In this document: piece by piece, positions 36,901 to 47,828 of the stretch
Numbering within the stretch: position 1 is the stretch's first letter
Layout of the letters: the number at the start of each line of letters is the position of its first letter
Assembly (NCBI RefSeq): GCF_058153355.1
Contig: NZ_CM177019.1
Direction: 5' to 3' (one strand)
DNA: 64,000 bases
The notes under the pieces: model-generated
Database searches by the model: none
Seen by the model: only the letters and a program-made list of their open reading frames with translations
What the model was told of the DNA's origin: nothing
Made by a program: the position numbers and the translations under genes

Positions 36901-37163
36901 TAGCTGCCACAGCTCCCGGCGGCAAGTGACTGTTCGCTACAGCGTTTGCCGTTGGGTAATGCACACATCCCAATCGCCGTACCATCCAGTTGACGGGCAA
37001 CAGAAAGCGAACCGCCAATCATTGCACAATTTGCTTCTCCACTACTGGACATTGACGCTTTTAAACCGGGCGCTACGTGCGCCGCAGTCGCCTGCTGAAC
37101 AGGTTCACTACTACACGCCGACAATAATAAAGCGGCACACCCTACCCAAAACGCTGCTCGCAT
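36897..37163 (-). CDS. ydbJ: lipoprotein YdbJ (DUF333)
   Basis: 88-aa ORF MRAAFWVGCAALLLSAC...; convergent with hslJ, stop codons overlap. Confidence 0.8.
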   Translation of the reverse strand: MRAAFWVGCAALLLSACSSEPVQQATAAHVAPGLKASMSSSGEANCAMIGGSLSVARQLDGTAIGMCALPNGKRCSEQSLAAGSCGSY

Positions 37164-37436
37164 CTTTTCTTCCTCTGATCTTCAAGCCAAACGACACCGC
37201 CATAAATAATAGGCAGCACAGAGGGCGGCGTCGAGAGCTGTCCTGCGCGTTGCCCCGCATTTTTACTTTTTTATGGCTATTTTTTTGCCCTCTGTTTGAT
37301 CAAAACATTCATTACGCTGATGTGGGGGACACAAAAGCGAAAATGCAGAAGAAAGCCATTTGCTAAAATTGAAAGATAACTACTGGGCGCGCAGCAATTT
37401 CGTGCGCCCCTCATTTGCGCAATGTAAGGGTGTCAT

Positions 37437-40400
37437 ATGATTACTATTGACGGTAATGGCGCGGTTGCTTCGGTGGCGTTTCGCACCAGTGAAGTTATCG
37501 CCATCTACCCTATTACCCCCAGTTCCACGATGGCAGAACAGGCTGATGCATGGGCCGGAAACGGCTTGAAAAACGTTTGGGGAGACACACCACGCGTGGT
37601 TGAAATGCAGTCGGAAGCGGGTGCTATCGCTACCGTGCATGGTGCTTTGCAAACTGGCGCCCTCTCAACATCGTTTACGTCATCGCAGGGTTTGCTGCTG
37701 ATGATCCCAACGCTGTACAAACTGGCAGGCGAACTGACGCCGTTTGTCCTGCATGTTGCGGCTCGTACCGTTGCCACACATGCACTCTCTATTTTTGGCG
37801 ATCATTCCGACGTCATGGCAGTGCGCCAGACGGGTTGCGCGATGTTGTGTGCAGCAAACGTCCAGGAGGCGCAAGACTTTGCTCTCATTTCGCACATTGC
37901 GACGCTGAAAAGTCGCGTGCCATTTATTCATTTCTTTGATGGTTTCCGCACCTCCCACGAGATCAATAAAATTGTCCCGCTGGCCGATGACACTATTCTT
38001 GAACTGATGCCGCAGGCAGAAATTGATGCTCATCGCGCCCGTGCACTCAACCCGGAACATCCGGTGATCCGCGGTACGTCCGCCAATCCTGACACTTATT
38101 TCCAGTCTCGCGAAGCCACCAACCCATGGTACAACGCAGTCTATGACCATGTTGAACAGGCGATGAATGATTTCGCTGCCGCGACAGGTCGCCAGTATCA
38201 GCCGTTTGAGTATTACGGGCATCCACAAGCGGAACGGGTGATTATCCTGATGGGCTCTGCCATTGACACCTGTGAAGAAGTGGTTGATGAATTGCTAACC
38301 CGTGGCGAAAAAGTCGGCGTGCTGAAAGTTCGCCTGTACCGTCCCTTCTCCGCCAAACACTTACTGCAAGCGTTGCCGGACTCTGTTCGGACAGTGGCGG
38401 TGCTGGATCGCACCAAAGAGCCAGGTGCGCAAGCGGAACCCCTGTACCTGGATGTGATGACCGCACTGGCAGAAGCCTTTAATAATGGCGAGCGTGAAAC
38501 CCTGCCCCGTGTCATTGGTGGGCGCTATGGTCTTTCATCCAAAGAATTTGGCCCGGACTGTGTACTGGCGGTATTTGCCGAGCTCAACGCGGCTAAACCG
38601 AAAGCGCGCTTTACGGTTGGTATTTACGATGATGTGACCAATCTGTCACTGCCGTTGCCGGAAAACACCCTGCCAAACTCGGCGAAACTGGAAGCCTTGT
38701 TTTATGGTCTTGGTAGTGATGGCAGCGTTTCCGCGACCAAAAACAATATCAAGATTATCGGTAATTCCACGCCGTGGTACGCACAGGGCTATTTTGTTTA
38801 CGACTCCAAAAAGGCGGGCGGCCTGACGGTTTCTCACCTTCGCGTGAGCGAACAGCCGATTCGTTCCGCTTATCTCATTTCCCAGGCTGATTTTGTTGGC
38901 TGCCACCAGTTGCAGTTTATCGATAAATATCAGATGGCTGAACGTTTAAAACCTGGCGGCATTTTCCTGCTCAACACGCCGTACAGCGCAGATGAAGTAT
39001 GGTCGCGCTTGCCGCAGGAAGTTCAGGCCGTGTTAAACCAGAAAAAAGCGCGCTTCTATGTGATTAACGCGGCGAAAATCGCCCGTGAATGTGGCCTGGC
39101 GGCCCGTATTAATACCGTCATGCAGATGGCTTTTTTCCATCTGACGCAAATTCTGCCTGGCGATAGCGCCCTGGCCGAATTGCAGGGCGCTATCGCCAAA
39201 AGCTACAGCAGCAAAGGCCAGGATCTGGTGGAACGCAACTGGCAGGCTCTGGCACTGGCGCGTGAATCGGTAGAAGAAGTTCCGCTGCAGCCGGTTAATC
39301 CGCACAGCGCCAATCGACCGCCTGTGGTTTCCGATGCTGCTCCTGATTTCGTGAAAACCGTTACCGCTGCGATGCTCGCCGGACTTGGCGATGCTCTCCC
39401 CGTTTCGGCGCTGCCGCCAGACGGCACCTGGCCGATGGGTACCACCCGCTGGGAAAAACGCAATATTGCCGAAGAGATCCCCATCTGGAAAGAGGAACTC
39501 TGTACCCAATGTAACCACTGCGTTGCCGCTTGCCCACACTCAGCTATTCGCGCCAAAGTGGTGCCGCCTGAAGCAATGGAAAATGCCCCTGCCAGCCTGC
39601 ATTCGCTGGATGTAAAATCGCGTGATATGCGCGGGCAGAAATATGTCTTGCAGGTAGCTCCGGAAGATTGCACCGGCTGTAACCTGTGCGTCGAAGTTTG
39701 CCCGGCGAAAGACCGTCAGGATCCAGAGATTAAAGCCATCAATATGATGTCGCGCCTGGAACATGTCGAGGAAGAGAAAATCAATTACGACTTCTTCCTG
39801 AATTTACCAGAAATCGATCGCAGCAAACTGGAACGTATTGATATTCGTACATCGCAACTGATTACACCGCTGTTTGAATATTCAGGTGCTTGCTCTGGTT
39901 GTGGCGAGACGCCGTATATTAAATTGCTGACTCAGCTCTATGGCGATCGGATGTTGATCGCTAACGCTACGGGTTGTTCTTCAATTTATGGTGGTAACCT
40001 GCCCTCCACACCATATACCACTGATGCCAACGGTCGTGGACCGGCATGGGCGAACTCGCTGTTTGAAGATAACGCCGAATTCGGCCTTGGTTTCCGCCTG
40101 ACGGTCGATCAACACCGTGTCCGCGTGCTGCGTCTGCTGGATCAATTTGCCGATAAAATCCCGGCGGAATTACTGACTGCGTTGAAATCAGACGCCACGC
40201 CAGAGGTTCGTCGTGAACAGGTTGCAGCTTTACGCCAGCAACTCAACGATGTTGCCGAAGCACATGAACTGCTACGTGATGCAGATGCACTGGTGGAAAA
40301 ATCAATCTGGCTGATTGGTGGCGATGGCTGGGCTTACGATATCGGCTTTGGCGGTCTGGATCATGTATTGAGTCTGACGGAAAACGTCAACATTCTGGTG

Positions 40401-40961
40401 CTGGATACGCAATGCTATTCCAACACCGGTGGTCAGGCGTCGAAAGCGACACCGCTGGGTGCAGTAACTAAATTTGGCGAGCACGGCAAACGTAAAGCGC
40501 GTAAAGATCTTGGCGTCAGTATGATGATGTACGGTCATGTTTATGTGGCGCAAATTTCTCTCGGCGCGCAGCTCAACCAGACAGTGAAAGCGATTCAGGA
40601 AGCAGAAGCGTATCCGGGACCATCGCTGATCATCGCTTATAGCCCGTGTGAAGAGCATGGTTACGATCTGGCACTCAGTCACGACCAGATGCGCCAACTC
40701 ACTGCCACCGGCTTCTGGCCGCTATATCGCTTCGATCCACGTCGAGCCGATGAAGGCAAACTACCGCTGGCACTGGATTCACGCCCGCCGTCAGAAGCAC
40801 TGGAAGAAACGTTACTTCACGAGCAGCGTTTCCGTCGTCTGAATTCACAGCAGCCAGAAGTGGCAGAACAGTTATGGAAAGATGCCGTAGCTGATTTGCA
40901 AAAACGCTATGACTTCCTGGCACAAATGGCCGGAAAAGCGGAAAAAAGCAACACCGATTAA
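37437..40961 (+). CDS. ydbK: pyruvate:flavodoxin oxidoreductase (PFOR)
   Basis: 1174-aa ORF with 4Fe-4S ferredoxin cysteine clusters (CTQCNHCVAACP, CTGCNLCVEVCP) and TPP-binding region; matches YdbK/Pfo. Confidence 0.95.
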   Translation: MITIDGNGAVASVAFRTSEVIAIYPITPSSTMAEQADAWAGNGLKNVWGDTPRVVEMQSEAGAIATVHGALQTGALSTSFTSSQGLLLMIPTLYKLAGELTPFVLHVAARTVATHALSIFGDHSDVMAVRQTGCAMLCAANVQEAQDFALISHIATLKSRVPFIHFFDGFRTSHEINKIVPLADDTILELMPQAEIDAHRARALNPEHPVIRGTSANPDTYFQSREATNPWYNAVYDHVEQAMNDFAAATGRQYQPFEYYGHPQAERVIILMGSAIDTCEEVVDELLTRGEKVGVLKVRLYRPFSAKHLLQALPDSVRTVAVLDRTKEPGAQAEPLYLDVMTALAEAFNNGERETLPRVIGGRYGLSSKEFGPDCVLAVFAELNAAKPKARFTVGIYDDVTNLSLPLPENTLPNSAKLEALFYGLGSDGSVSATKNNIKIIGNSTPWYAQGYFVYDSKKAGGLTVSHLRVSEQPIRSAYLISQADFVGCHQLQFIDKYQMAERLKPGGIFLLNTPYSADEVWSRLPQEVQAVLNQKKARFYVINAAKIARECGLAARINTVMQMAFFHLTQILPGDSALAELQGAIAKSYSSKGQDLVERNWQALALARESVEEVPLQPVNPHSANRPPVVSDAAPDFVKTVTAAMLAGLGDALPVSALPPDGTWPMGTTRWEKRNIAEEIPIWKEELCTQCNHCVAACPHSAIRAKVVPPEAMENAPASLHSLDVKSRDMRGQKYVLQVAPEDCTGCNLCVEVCPAKDRQDPEIKAINMMSRLEHVEEEKINYDFFLNLPEIDRSKLERIDIRTSQLITPLFEYSGACSGCGETPYIKLLTQLYGDRMLIANATGCSSIYGGNLPSTPYTTDANGRGPAWANSLFEDNAEFGLGFRLTVDQHRVRVLRLLDQFADKIPAELLTALKSDATPEVRREQVAALRQQLNDVAEAHELLRDADALVEKSIWLIGGDGWAYDIGFGGLDHVLSLTENVNILVLDTQCYSNTGGQASKATPLGAVTKFGEHGKRKARKDLGVSMMMYGHVYVAQISLGAQLNQTVKAIQEAEAYPGPSLIIAYSPCEEHGYDLALSHDQMRQLTATGFWPLYRFDPRRADEGKLPLALDSRPPSEALEETLLHEQRFRRLNSQQPEVAEQLWKDAVADLQKRYDFLAQMAGKAEKSNTD

Positions 40962-40990
40962 ATGCTCTGGATAAGGATTATCCAATTCTA

Positions 40991-41099
40991 AAAAAAAGCC
41001 CGAACGACTGTTCGGGCTTGTCTTCTTATATGTTGGAAAATCAGTGGCAATGCAATGGCCCAACAGAAAATAAAATCTGTGACAATAAAGGCATATAAC
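40991..41099 (-). ncRNA. micC: MicC sRNA (Hfq-dependent repressor of ompC/ompD)
   Basis: minus strand reads GTTATATGCCTTTATTGTCACAGATTTTATTTTCTGTTGGGCCATTGCATTGCC...GCCCGAACAGTCGTTCGGGCTTTTTTTT, recognised as MicC; terminator shared with ydbK. Confidence 0.85.
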
Positions 41100-41326
41100 C
41101 CGCGCAGAATAACGTATAGCAAATTAAAAGTATAATTTTTATTTTGTATGTATTATCTTCGATACATTCACCAGACTTATTATCATTTCAGAGGAATTAT
41201 TTGATTAAGGTTTTACTTAAGGCGTAACAAATGATATTTATCGGCTAACTGAACTTCTCCTTTAGGATGTTTTCATTCCCCGAAATGGGGATAAAAGGCA
41301 AATAAAATAACTAAAGGATTTATTCA

Positions 41327-42460
41327 ATGAAAAGCAAAGTACTGGCACTTTTAATTCCTGCCCTGCTCGCCGCAGGTGCTGCACATGCAGCCGAAGTTTA
41401 TAATAAAGACGGCAACAAATTAGATCTGTATGGCAAAGTTGATGGCCTGCATTATTTTTCTGATAATTCAGCGAAAGATGGCGACCAGAGCTATGCGCGT
41501 CTGGGTTTTAAAGGCGAAACCCAAATTAACGATCAACTTACTGGCTACGGTCAATGGGAATACAATATTCAGGCAAACAACACTGAATCTTCAAAAAACC
41601 AGTCATGGACCCGTCTGGCATTTGCCGGACTGAAATTTGCAGATTACGGTTCTTTCGATTACGGACGTAATTATGGCGTAATGTACGACATCGAAGGCTG
41701 GACCGATATGCTGCCTGAATTTGGCGGTGACTCTTATACCAATGCAGACAACTTTATGACTGGTCGTGCCAATGGCGTCGCGACTTATCGTAACACTGAT
41801 TTCTTCGGTCTGGTAAATGGTCTGAACTTCGCGGTGCAGTATCAAGGTAACAACGAAGGAGCCAGTAATGGTCAGGAAGGCACCAACAACGGACGTGATG
41901 TTCGCCATGAAAACGGTGACGGCTGGGGTCTTTCCACAACATATGATTTAGGCATGGGCTTTAGCGCTGGTGCGGCATACACCTCTTCTGACCGCACCAA
42001 TGACCAGGTTAACCATACTGCGGCTGGTGGTGATAAAGCAGACGCGTGGACTGCTGGGCTAAAATACGATGCTAACAATATTTACCTGGCAACCATGTAT
42101 TCAGAAACGCGTAATATGACCCCGTTTGGCGACAGCGATTATGCTGTTGCAAACAAAACCCAGAACTTTGAAGTCACTGCACAGTACCAGTTTGATTTTG
42201 GTCTGCGTCCGGCAGTCTCTTTCCTGATGTCTAAAGGCCGTGACCTGCACGCTACCGGTGGTGCAGACAACCCGGCAGGTGTTGATGATAAAGATCTTGT
42301 AAAATACGCCGATGTTGGCGCGACTTACTATTTCAATAAAAATATGTCCACTTATGTTGACTATAAAATCAACCTGTTGGATGAAGATGACAGTTTCTAT
42401 GCTGCTAACGGCATCTCTACCGATGATATTGTCGCTTTAGGTCTGGTTTATCAGTTCTAA
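41327..42460 (+). CDS. ompN: outer membrane porin N
   Basis: 377-aa ORF with signal peptide and porin C-terminus (...VALGLVYQF); matches OmpN. Confidence 0.95.
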   Translation: MKSKVLALLIPALLAAGAAHAAEVYNKDGNKLDLYGKVDGLHYFSDNSAKDGDQSYARLGFKGETQINDQLTGYGQWEYNIQANNTESSKNQSWTRLAFAGLKFADYGSFDYGRNYGVMYDIEGWTDMLPEFGGDSYTNADNFMTGRANGVATYRNTDFFGLVNGLNFAVQYQGNNEGASNGQEGTNNGRDVRHENGDGWGLSTTYDLGMGFSAGAAYTSSDRTNDQVNHTAAGGDKADAWTAGLKYDANNIYLATMYSETRNMTPFGDSDYAVANKTQNFEVTAQYQFDFGLRPAVSFLMSKGRDLHATGGADNPAGVDDKDLVKYADVGATYYFNKNMSTYVDYKINLLDEDDSFYAANGISTDDIVALGLVYQF

Positions 42461-42468
42461 ATCCTCCT

Positions 42469-42493
42469 GCCCGCTGTTATGGCGGGCTTTTTC
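42469..42493 (+). terminator. rho-independent terminator of ompN
   Basis: GCCCGC-TGTTATG-GCGGGC hairpin followed by TTTTTC. Confidence 0.65.
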
Positions 42494-42519
42494 TGCTTAT
42501 TCTTCCTCCTTTGATCTAA

Positions 42520-43035
<516 letters not shown>

Positions 43036-43042
43036 CACTAAC

Positions 43043-43067
43043 GCCCGCACATTGCTGCGGGCTTTTT
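43043..43067 (+). terminator. rho-independent terminator of uspF
   Basis: GCCCGCA-CATTGC-TGCGGGC hairpin followed by TTTTT. Confidence 0.65.
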
Positions 43068-43123
43068 GATTCATTTCGCAAATGTGCTGACATTTTCCCC
43101 TCTAATCATTACAATTTAAATTT

Positions 43124-43735
43124 ATGAATTATGCATTGATAATCGCTATTATAATATCGTTCCCCTGTGCATTATTATCAGTTTTTCTGGTATTAAAAGA
43201 CTGGGCGCTAATAGGAGATGCAATGAACCACGCAATGTTTCCTGGCATAGTTCTAGCCTGGATTATAGGTATGCCGCTGGGAATTGGTGCATTTATTGTA
43301 GGACTGTCTTGTGCAATTGCAACTGGCTATCTGAAAGATAATAGCATCATAAAGAAAGATACCATTATAGGTATCGTTTTTTCAGGAATTTTTGTCTTGA
43401 CTATCAACAGGCACAAGTCAGCGGATTACAGATATCATTATTACATTACGGTTTACTCTGCATGGTATCGCCTACCATTTTTGCCACATTAAAAGCAGTC
43501 GGAATTATTCTGTCTATATACTATTAATAGCTCCAGGGTCTATTGCTGTCCTCATCACGCATCGCTTTCATAAGACATTACTTATCGCCGTAACGATATC
43601 AATAACAATATCAGGCGTATGGTTATTATATTTTCTCGACAGAGCCCCAGCGCCGACAATCGTCCTCTTATTTGCTGTAGCATTTCTTTTCGCGCTTATA
43701 ATAATCAATTTTCGGAAACAATAATCTCAACAGTA
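43124..43735 (+). pseudogene. decayed ABC-3 family (Mn/Zn/Fe) transporter permease gene, frameshifted and internally truncated
   Basis: frame of 43124..43492 encodes an ABC-3 permease-like N-terminus (DAMNHAMFPGIVLAW, TIIGIVFSGIFVLTI); permease-like C-terminus (LLIAPGSIAVLITHRFHKTLLIAVTISITISGVWLLYFLDRAPAPTIVLLFAVAFLF) continues in another frame to stop at 43733..43735; AT-rich. Confidence 0.5.
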
Positions 43736-44991
43736 GAATAAAGAGGCAAATCAATCATTACATATATAAGATGGTGCTAATATTGCACCGCCTTTAAATT
43801 GAACTTTATCCTTTCACCCTTACACAATTTAAGGAATGCAGATGACTATTTTATCAGCACCCAGCCTTTTTCCTGGTAATCGAAAACTTGAAAATCATTA
43901 ACTCTAAGAAATTCTGCCAAATCGTTGAAATTACTTTAAATTAGACTCGAACAAATCAACCCCTGATGGGGCTTTTACTTATCCATTTAATCGGGTATAT
44001 ATCGACCTCCATCTGCCCGCCTCAGATTCGTACCTGGTGGAGGTCTTTTTTCGTTACCTCTTTCCCCCTTTAGTTCAGTATAAAATCATCAAACTAATGC
44101 TGTTCACACTATTTACCTCCAGCATTCTATATAAATAATAGAAATAAAAACCCCAATACATAGTGCATTGGCATGACCAAACATCAATGCCATTATACTC
44201 GCCTCTGTTAAATACTCGCTAGTTAATATGATAGGCACGCATGATATAACAATCCATATGCTAATACATAAATACACCAGTATTTTTCTCATAGTCAGTC
44301 CCTGTGATTAACAATCAAGGCATAGTTAAGCATATTTCACATTCAAACGTAAACATTATTAATAACATTATGTCAATCGAACTGACATCACGATTCAAGC
44401 CCTCTTCAGACTGAAGGCTAGAGCAGCGTAGAACATTTCAAAACAATACACTGAAAAAATACTTGAACAAAAAACTTAATTCTTTTTTATTGTGAACTTT
44501 AGTAATTTTGTCATGCAACTCTTTATTACATTTAGGCCTATCTTATTTCATGGCAACGCAAATACAGGACCATTTCTTGTGCTATGGATAAGTAATAAGC
44601 TAGTTACATCTTATTAAGAGAACCATTTTCACATATCAAAATATCATCACCACCCACAATGAATTAAGTATTTTTCTTATTCTTTAGATTAGATACGTAA
44701 TGAATCCCTAACTCCATTCGGGTGTCATGGCTCTTTCATTTGAAATACATTCATATCCAATGTAATATTTCTATGCGCAAATATAACTACCGACCATACT
44801 CATCATTTATTACAGAGAATTATTTTATTCACCGAAAAGTTTCACAAAATATCCCCTGATAGAAAACTAAAAAACACTGCATAATATCGCTATTCTGGCA
44901 CTTGCGAAAAATTATATTCTGCACCTGTTGTAGCGTTCTATTTCTCCGCCTGGCAACGAATGCACAATGTCCGCCACAGTTTCTGTTCTAA

Positions 44992-45309
44992 TTTCTTCCT
45001 GTGTTACCGCATCCTGTACGGGTAGCGCAACACCAGCATGCTAAGCAAGGCTTTCCCATCAGATTTCACTACGACTATTTGGGAGCGAGATGGAATGCAG
45101 CAGTAAAACGTGCTGGTATTCGCCGCCGTAATCCGTACCATACGCGACATACTTTTGCCTGCTGGCTGTTGACGGCAGGAGCGAACCCGGCATTTATAGC
45201 CAGCCAGATGGGGCATGAAACTGCGCAGATGGTGTATGAAATTTACGGTATGTGGATTGATGACATGAACGACGAACAGGTAGCTATGTTGAATGCGCGG
45301 TTATCGTAG
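44992..45309 (+). pseudogene. 3' fragment of a tyrosine-recombinase (Rac-type prophage integrase) gene
   Basis: open frame encodes only the integrase C-terminal catalytic region (RRNPYHTRHTFACWLLTAGANPAFIASQMGHETAQMVYEIYGMW) with no N-terminal domains; directly upstream of ttcA where K-12 carries intR. Confidence 0.7.
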
Positions 45310-45360
45310 TTGCAAAGTTTGCCCCCAATTTGCCCCATTTAGTACCAGAGAACTGAAATA

Positions 45361-46296
45361 ATGCAAGAAAATCAAAAGAATACGAAGAAAGAGATATACA
45401 ATCTGAACAAATTACAAAAACGTCTGCGTCGTAACGTGGGCGAAGCCATTGCTGACTTCAATATGATTGAAGAAGGCGATCGCATCATGGTTTGCCTCTC
45501 CGGGGGTAAAGACAGCTATACCATGCTGGAGATTCTGCGCAATTTGCAGCAAAGCGCGCCAATCAATTTTTCGCTGGTGGCTGTTAACCTCGATCAAAAG
45601 CAACCGGGCTTCCCGGAACACGTTCTGCCCGAGTATCTTGAAAAGCTGGGCATTGAGTACAAGATTGTGGAAGAGAACACTTACGGTATCGTGAAAGAGA
45701 AGATTCCGGAGGGCAAAACCACTTGCTCACTGTGTTCTCGTCTTCGTCGCGGAATTCTTTACCGTACCGCAACGGAACTGGGAGCGACGAAGATCGCGCT
45801 GGGTCACCATCGTGACGATATCCTGCAAACGTTGTTCTTAAATATGTTCTACGGCGGCAAGATGAAAGGTATGCCTCCGAAACTGATGAGCGATGATGGC
45901 AAACATATTGTGATTCGTCCGCTGGCCTACTGCCGCGAGAAAGATATTCAGCGCTTTGCCGATGCAAAAGCGTTCCCGATTATTCCTTGCAACCTGTGCG
46001 GTTCACAGCCTAACCTGCAACGTCAGGTGATTGCTGACATGTTGCGTGACTGGGATAAACGTTATCCGGGGCGTATCGAGACGATGTTCAGCGCGATGCA
46101 GAATGTGGTGCCGTCGCATCTGTGCGATACCAACCTGTTCGATTTCAAAGGCATTACCCACGGTTCTGAAGTGGTTAACGGGGGTGATCTGGCGTTTGAT
46201 CGCGAAGAGATCCCTCTACAACCGGCGGGTTGGCAGCCTGAAGAAGATGAAAATCAGTTGGATGAGTTACGACTGAATGTGGTGGAAGTGAAATAA
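45361..46296 (+). CDS. ttcA: tRNA-cytidine(32) 2-sulfurtransferase
   Basis: 311-aa ORF with PP-loop SGGKDS and CxxC motifs; matches TtcA. Confidence 0.95.
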   Translation: MQENQKNTKKEIYNLNKLQKRLRRNVGEAIADFNMIEEGDRIMVCLSGGKDSYTMLEILRNLQQSAPINFSLVAVNLDQKQPGFPEHVLPEYLEKLGIEYKIVEENTYGIVKEKIPEGKTTCSLCSRLRRGILYRTATELGATKIALGHHRDDILQTLFLNMFYGGKMKGMPPKLMSDDGKHIVIRPLAYCREKDIQRFADAKAFPIIPCNLCGSQPNLQRQVIADMLRDWDKRYPGRIETMFSAMQNVVPSHLCDTNLFDFKGITHGSEVVNGGDLAFDREEIPLQPAGWQPEEDENQLDELRLNVVEVK

Positions 46297-46304
46297 CCCG
46301 GATA

Positions 46305-46376
46305 GCGCCCGATGCGCAAGCTTATCGGGCTACTCTTATGGAGGCCGGATAAGACGCGGCCAGCGTCGCATCCGGC
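46305..46376. repeat. REP/BIME-like palindromic units between ttcA and dbpA
   Basis: two palindromes, GCGCCCGATGCGCAAGCTTATCGGGC and GCCGGATAAGACGCGGCCAGCGTCGCATCCGGC, the latter a classical REP consensus. Confidence 0.6.
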
Positions 46377-46424
46377 AATCCCGAAGAAGATGTTTACTCT
46401 TGCACCCTGCGATTCAACATTTCA

Positions 46425-47798
46425 TTATTTTAATAACCGCACCCGGCACGTTTTTCCTTTAATTTTACCGCCCTGTAACTGTTTCCATGCTTTATGAGCA
46501 ACAGCCTGACGCACCGCGACATAGACATGCGCCGGATGCACGGCGATTTTGCCAATATCTGCGCCATCAAGCCCGATATCTCCTGTCAGCGCACCTAATA
46601 CATCACCCGGGCGCATTTTGGCTTTTTTCCCGCCATCGATACATAACGTTGCCATTTCTGCTTCCAGCGGCACAATGGAACTATTAACTGGCGGCGTTTG
46701 CCAGTTAAGTTTTATCTGCAACATGTCAGAAATGATATTGGCCCGCTGTGCTTCTTCCGGGGCACAGAAACTGATCGCCAGACCGCTATTTCCTGCACGC
46801 GCTGTACGCCCGATGCGATGTACATGAACTTCAGGGTCCCACGCCAGTTCAAAGTTCACTACCAGCTCAAGCGATTTAATATCAAGACCACGCGCAGCAA
46901 CATCCGTCGCAACCAGCACACGAGCGCTACCGTTAGCAAAACGTACCAGGGTCTGATCGCGGTCACGTTGCTCCAGATCGCCATGTAACGACAATGCACT
47001 TTGCCCTATGTCATTCAGCGCGTCGCAGACAGCCTGACAATCTTTTTTGGTATTGCAAAACACCACGCAAGAGGATGGCTGATGCAAACTTAATAACCGT
47101 TGCAACAGCGGAATTTTGCCTTTGCTGGATGTCTCATAAAATTGTTGTTCAATGGGAGGCAGAGCATCTGTTGAGTCAATTTCAATCGCCAATGGATCGC
47201 GTTGAACTCGTCCGCTGATTGCGGTGATGGCTTCCGGCCAGGTTGCCGAAAACAGAAGCGTCTGTCGAGATGCTGGCGCAAAACGGATAACATCATCAAT
47301 GGCATCGCTAAATCCCATATCCAGCATGCGATCGGCTTCATCCATCACCAGCATATTCAACGCATCCAGTGATACCGTGCCTTTTTGCAGATGGTCCAGC
47401 AAACGCCCCGGGGTTGCCACGATAATATGCGGCGCATGTTGCAACGAATCACGCTGCATACCGAACGGTTGACCACCGCACAAAGTCAAAATTTTGGTAT
47501 TTGGCAGAAAACGCGCCAGCCGACGCAATTCACCTGCCACCTGATCCGCCAGTTCACGCGTAGGGCACAGCACTAAAGCCTGGGTCTGAAATAGCGACGC
47601 ATCAACTTTCTGTAGCAGCCCGAGGCCAAAAGCCGCCGTTTTGCCGCTGCCGGTTTTCGCCTGCACGCGAACATCTTTTCCGGCAAGGATCGCCGGAAGC
47701 GCGGCAGCCTGCACCGGCGTCATAGTTAAATAACCCAACTCATTAAGGTTCGTGAGTTGGGCGGGAGGCAAAACATTCAGGGTAGAAAAAGCGGTCAC
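46425..47798 (-). CDS. dbpA: ATP-dependent RNA helicase DbpA (DEAD-box, 23S rRNA-specific)
   Basis: 457-aa ORF with AKTGSGKT Walker A and DEAD motif (MDEADRM); matches DbpA. Confidence 0.95.
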   Translation of the reverse strand: MTAFSTLNVLPPAQLTNLNELGYLTMTPVQAAALPAILAGKDVRVQAKTGSGKTAAFGLGLLQKVDASLFQTQALVLCPTRELADQVAGELRRLARFLPNTKILTLCGGQPFGMQRDSLQHAPHIIVATPGRLLDHLQKGTVSLDALNMLVMDEADRMLDMGFSDAIDDVIRFAPASRQTLLFSATWPEAITAISGRVQRDPLAIEIDSTDALPPIEQQFYETSSKGKIPLLQRLLSLHQPSSCVVFCNTKKDCQAVCDALNDIGQSALSLHGDLEQRDRDQTLVRFANGSARVLVATDVAARGLDIKSLELVVNFELAWDPEVHVHRIGRTARAGNSGLAISFCAPEEAQRANIISDMLQIKLNWQTPPVNSSIVPLEAEMATLCIDGGKKAKMRPGDVLGALTGDIGLDGADIGKIAVHPAHVYVAVRQAVAHKAWKQLQGGKIKGKTCRVRLLK

Positions 47799-47828
47799 AA
47801 TCTGTTCTCGTGGTCATCGACGCAAAAA

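Noticed and set aside
37680-40923. Minus-strand ORFs inside ydbK/pfo (for example 37680..38228, 39033..39539, 40302..40697)
   Set aside because: Antisense shadow ORFs in a GC-rich 1174-codon gene.
43900-44000. Possible tRNA remnant suggested by a GTTCGAGTC-like motif (reverse complement of AGACTCGAAC) near the integrase fragment
   Set aside because: The flanking bases cannot form a T-arm stem or acceptor stem; the Rac-type integration target is ttcA, not a tRNA.
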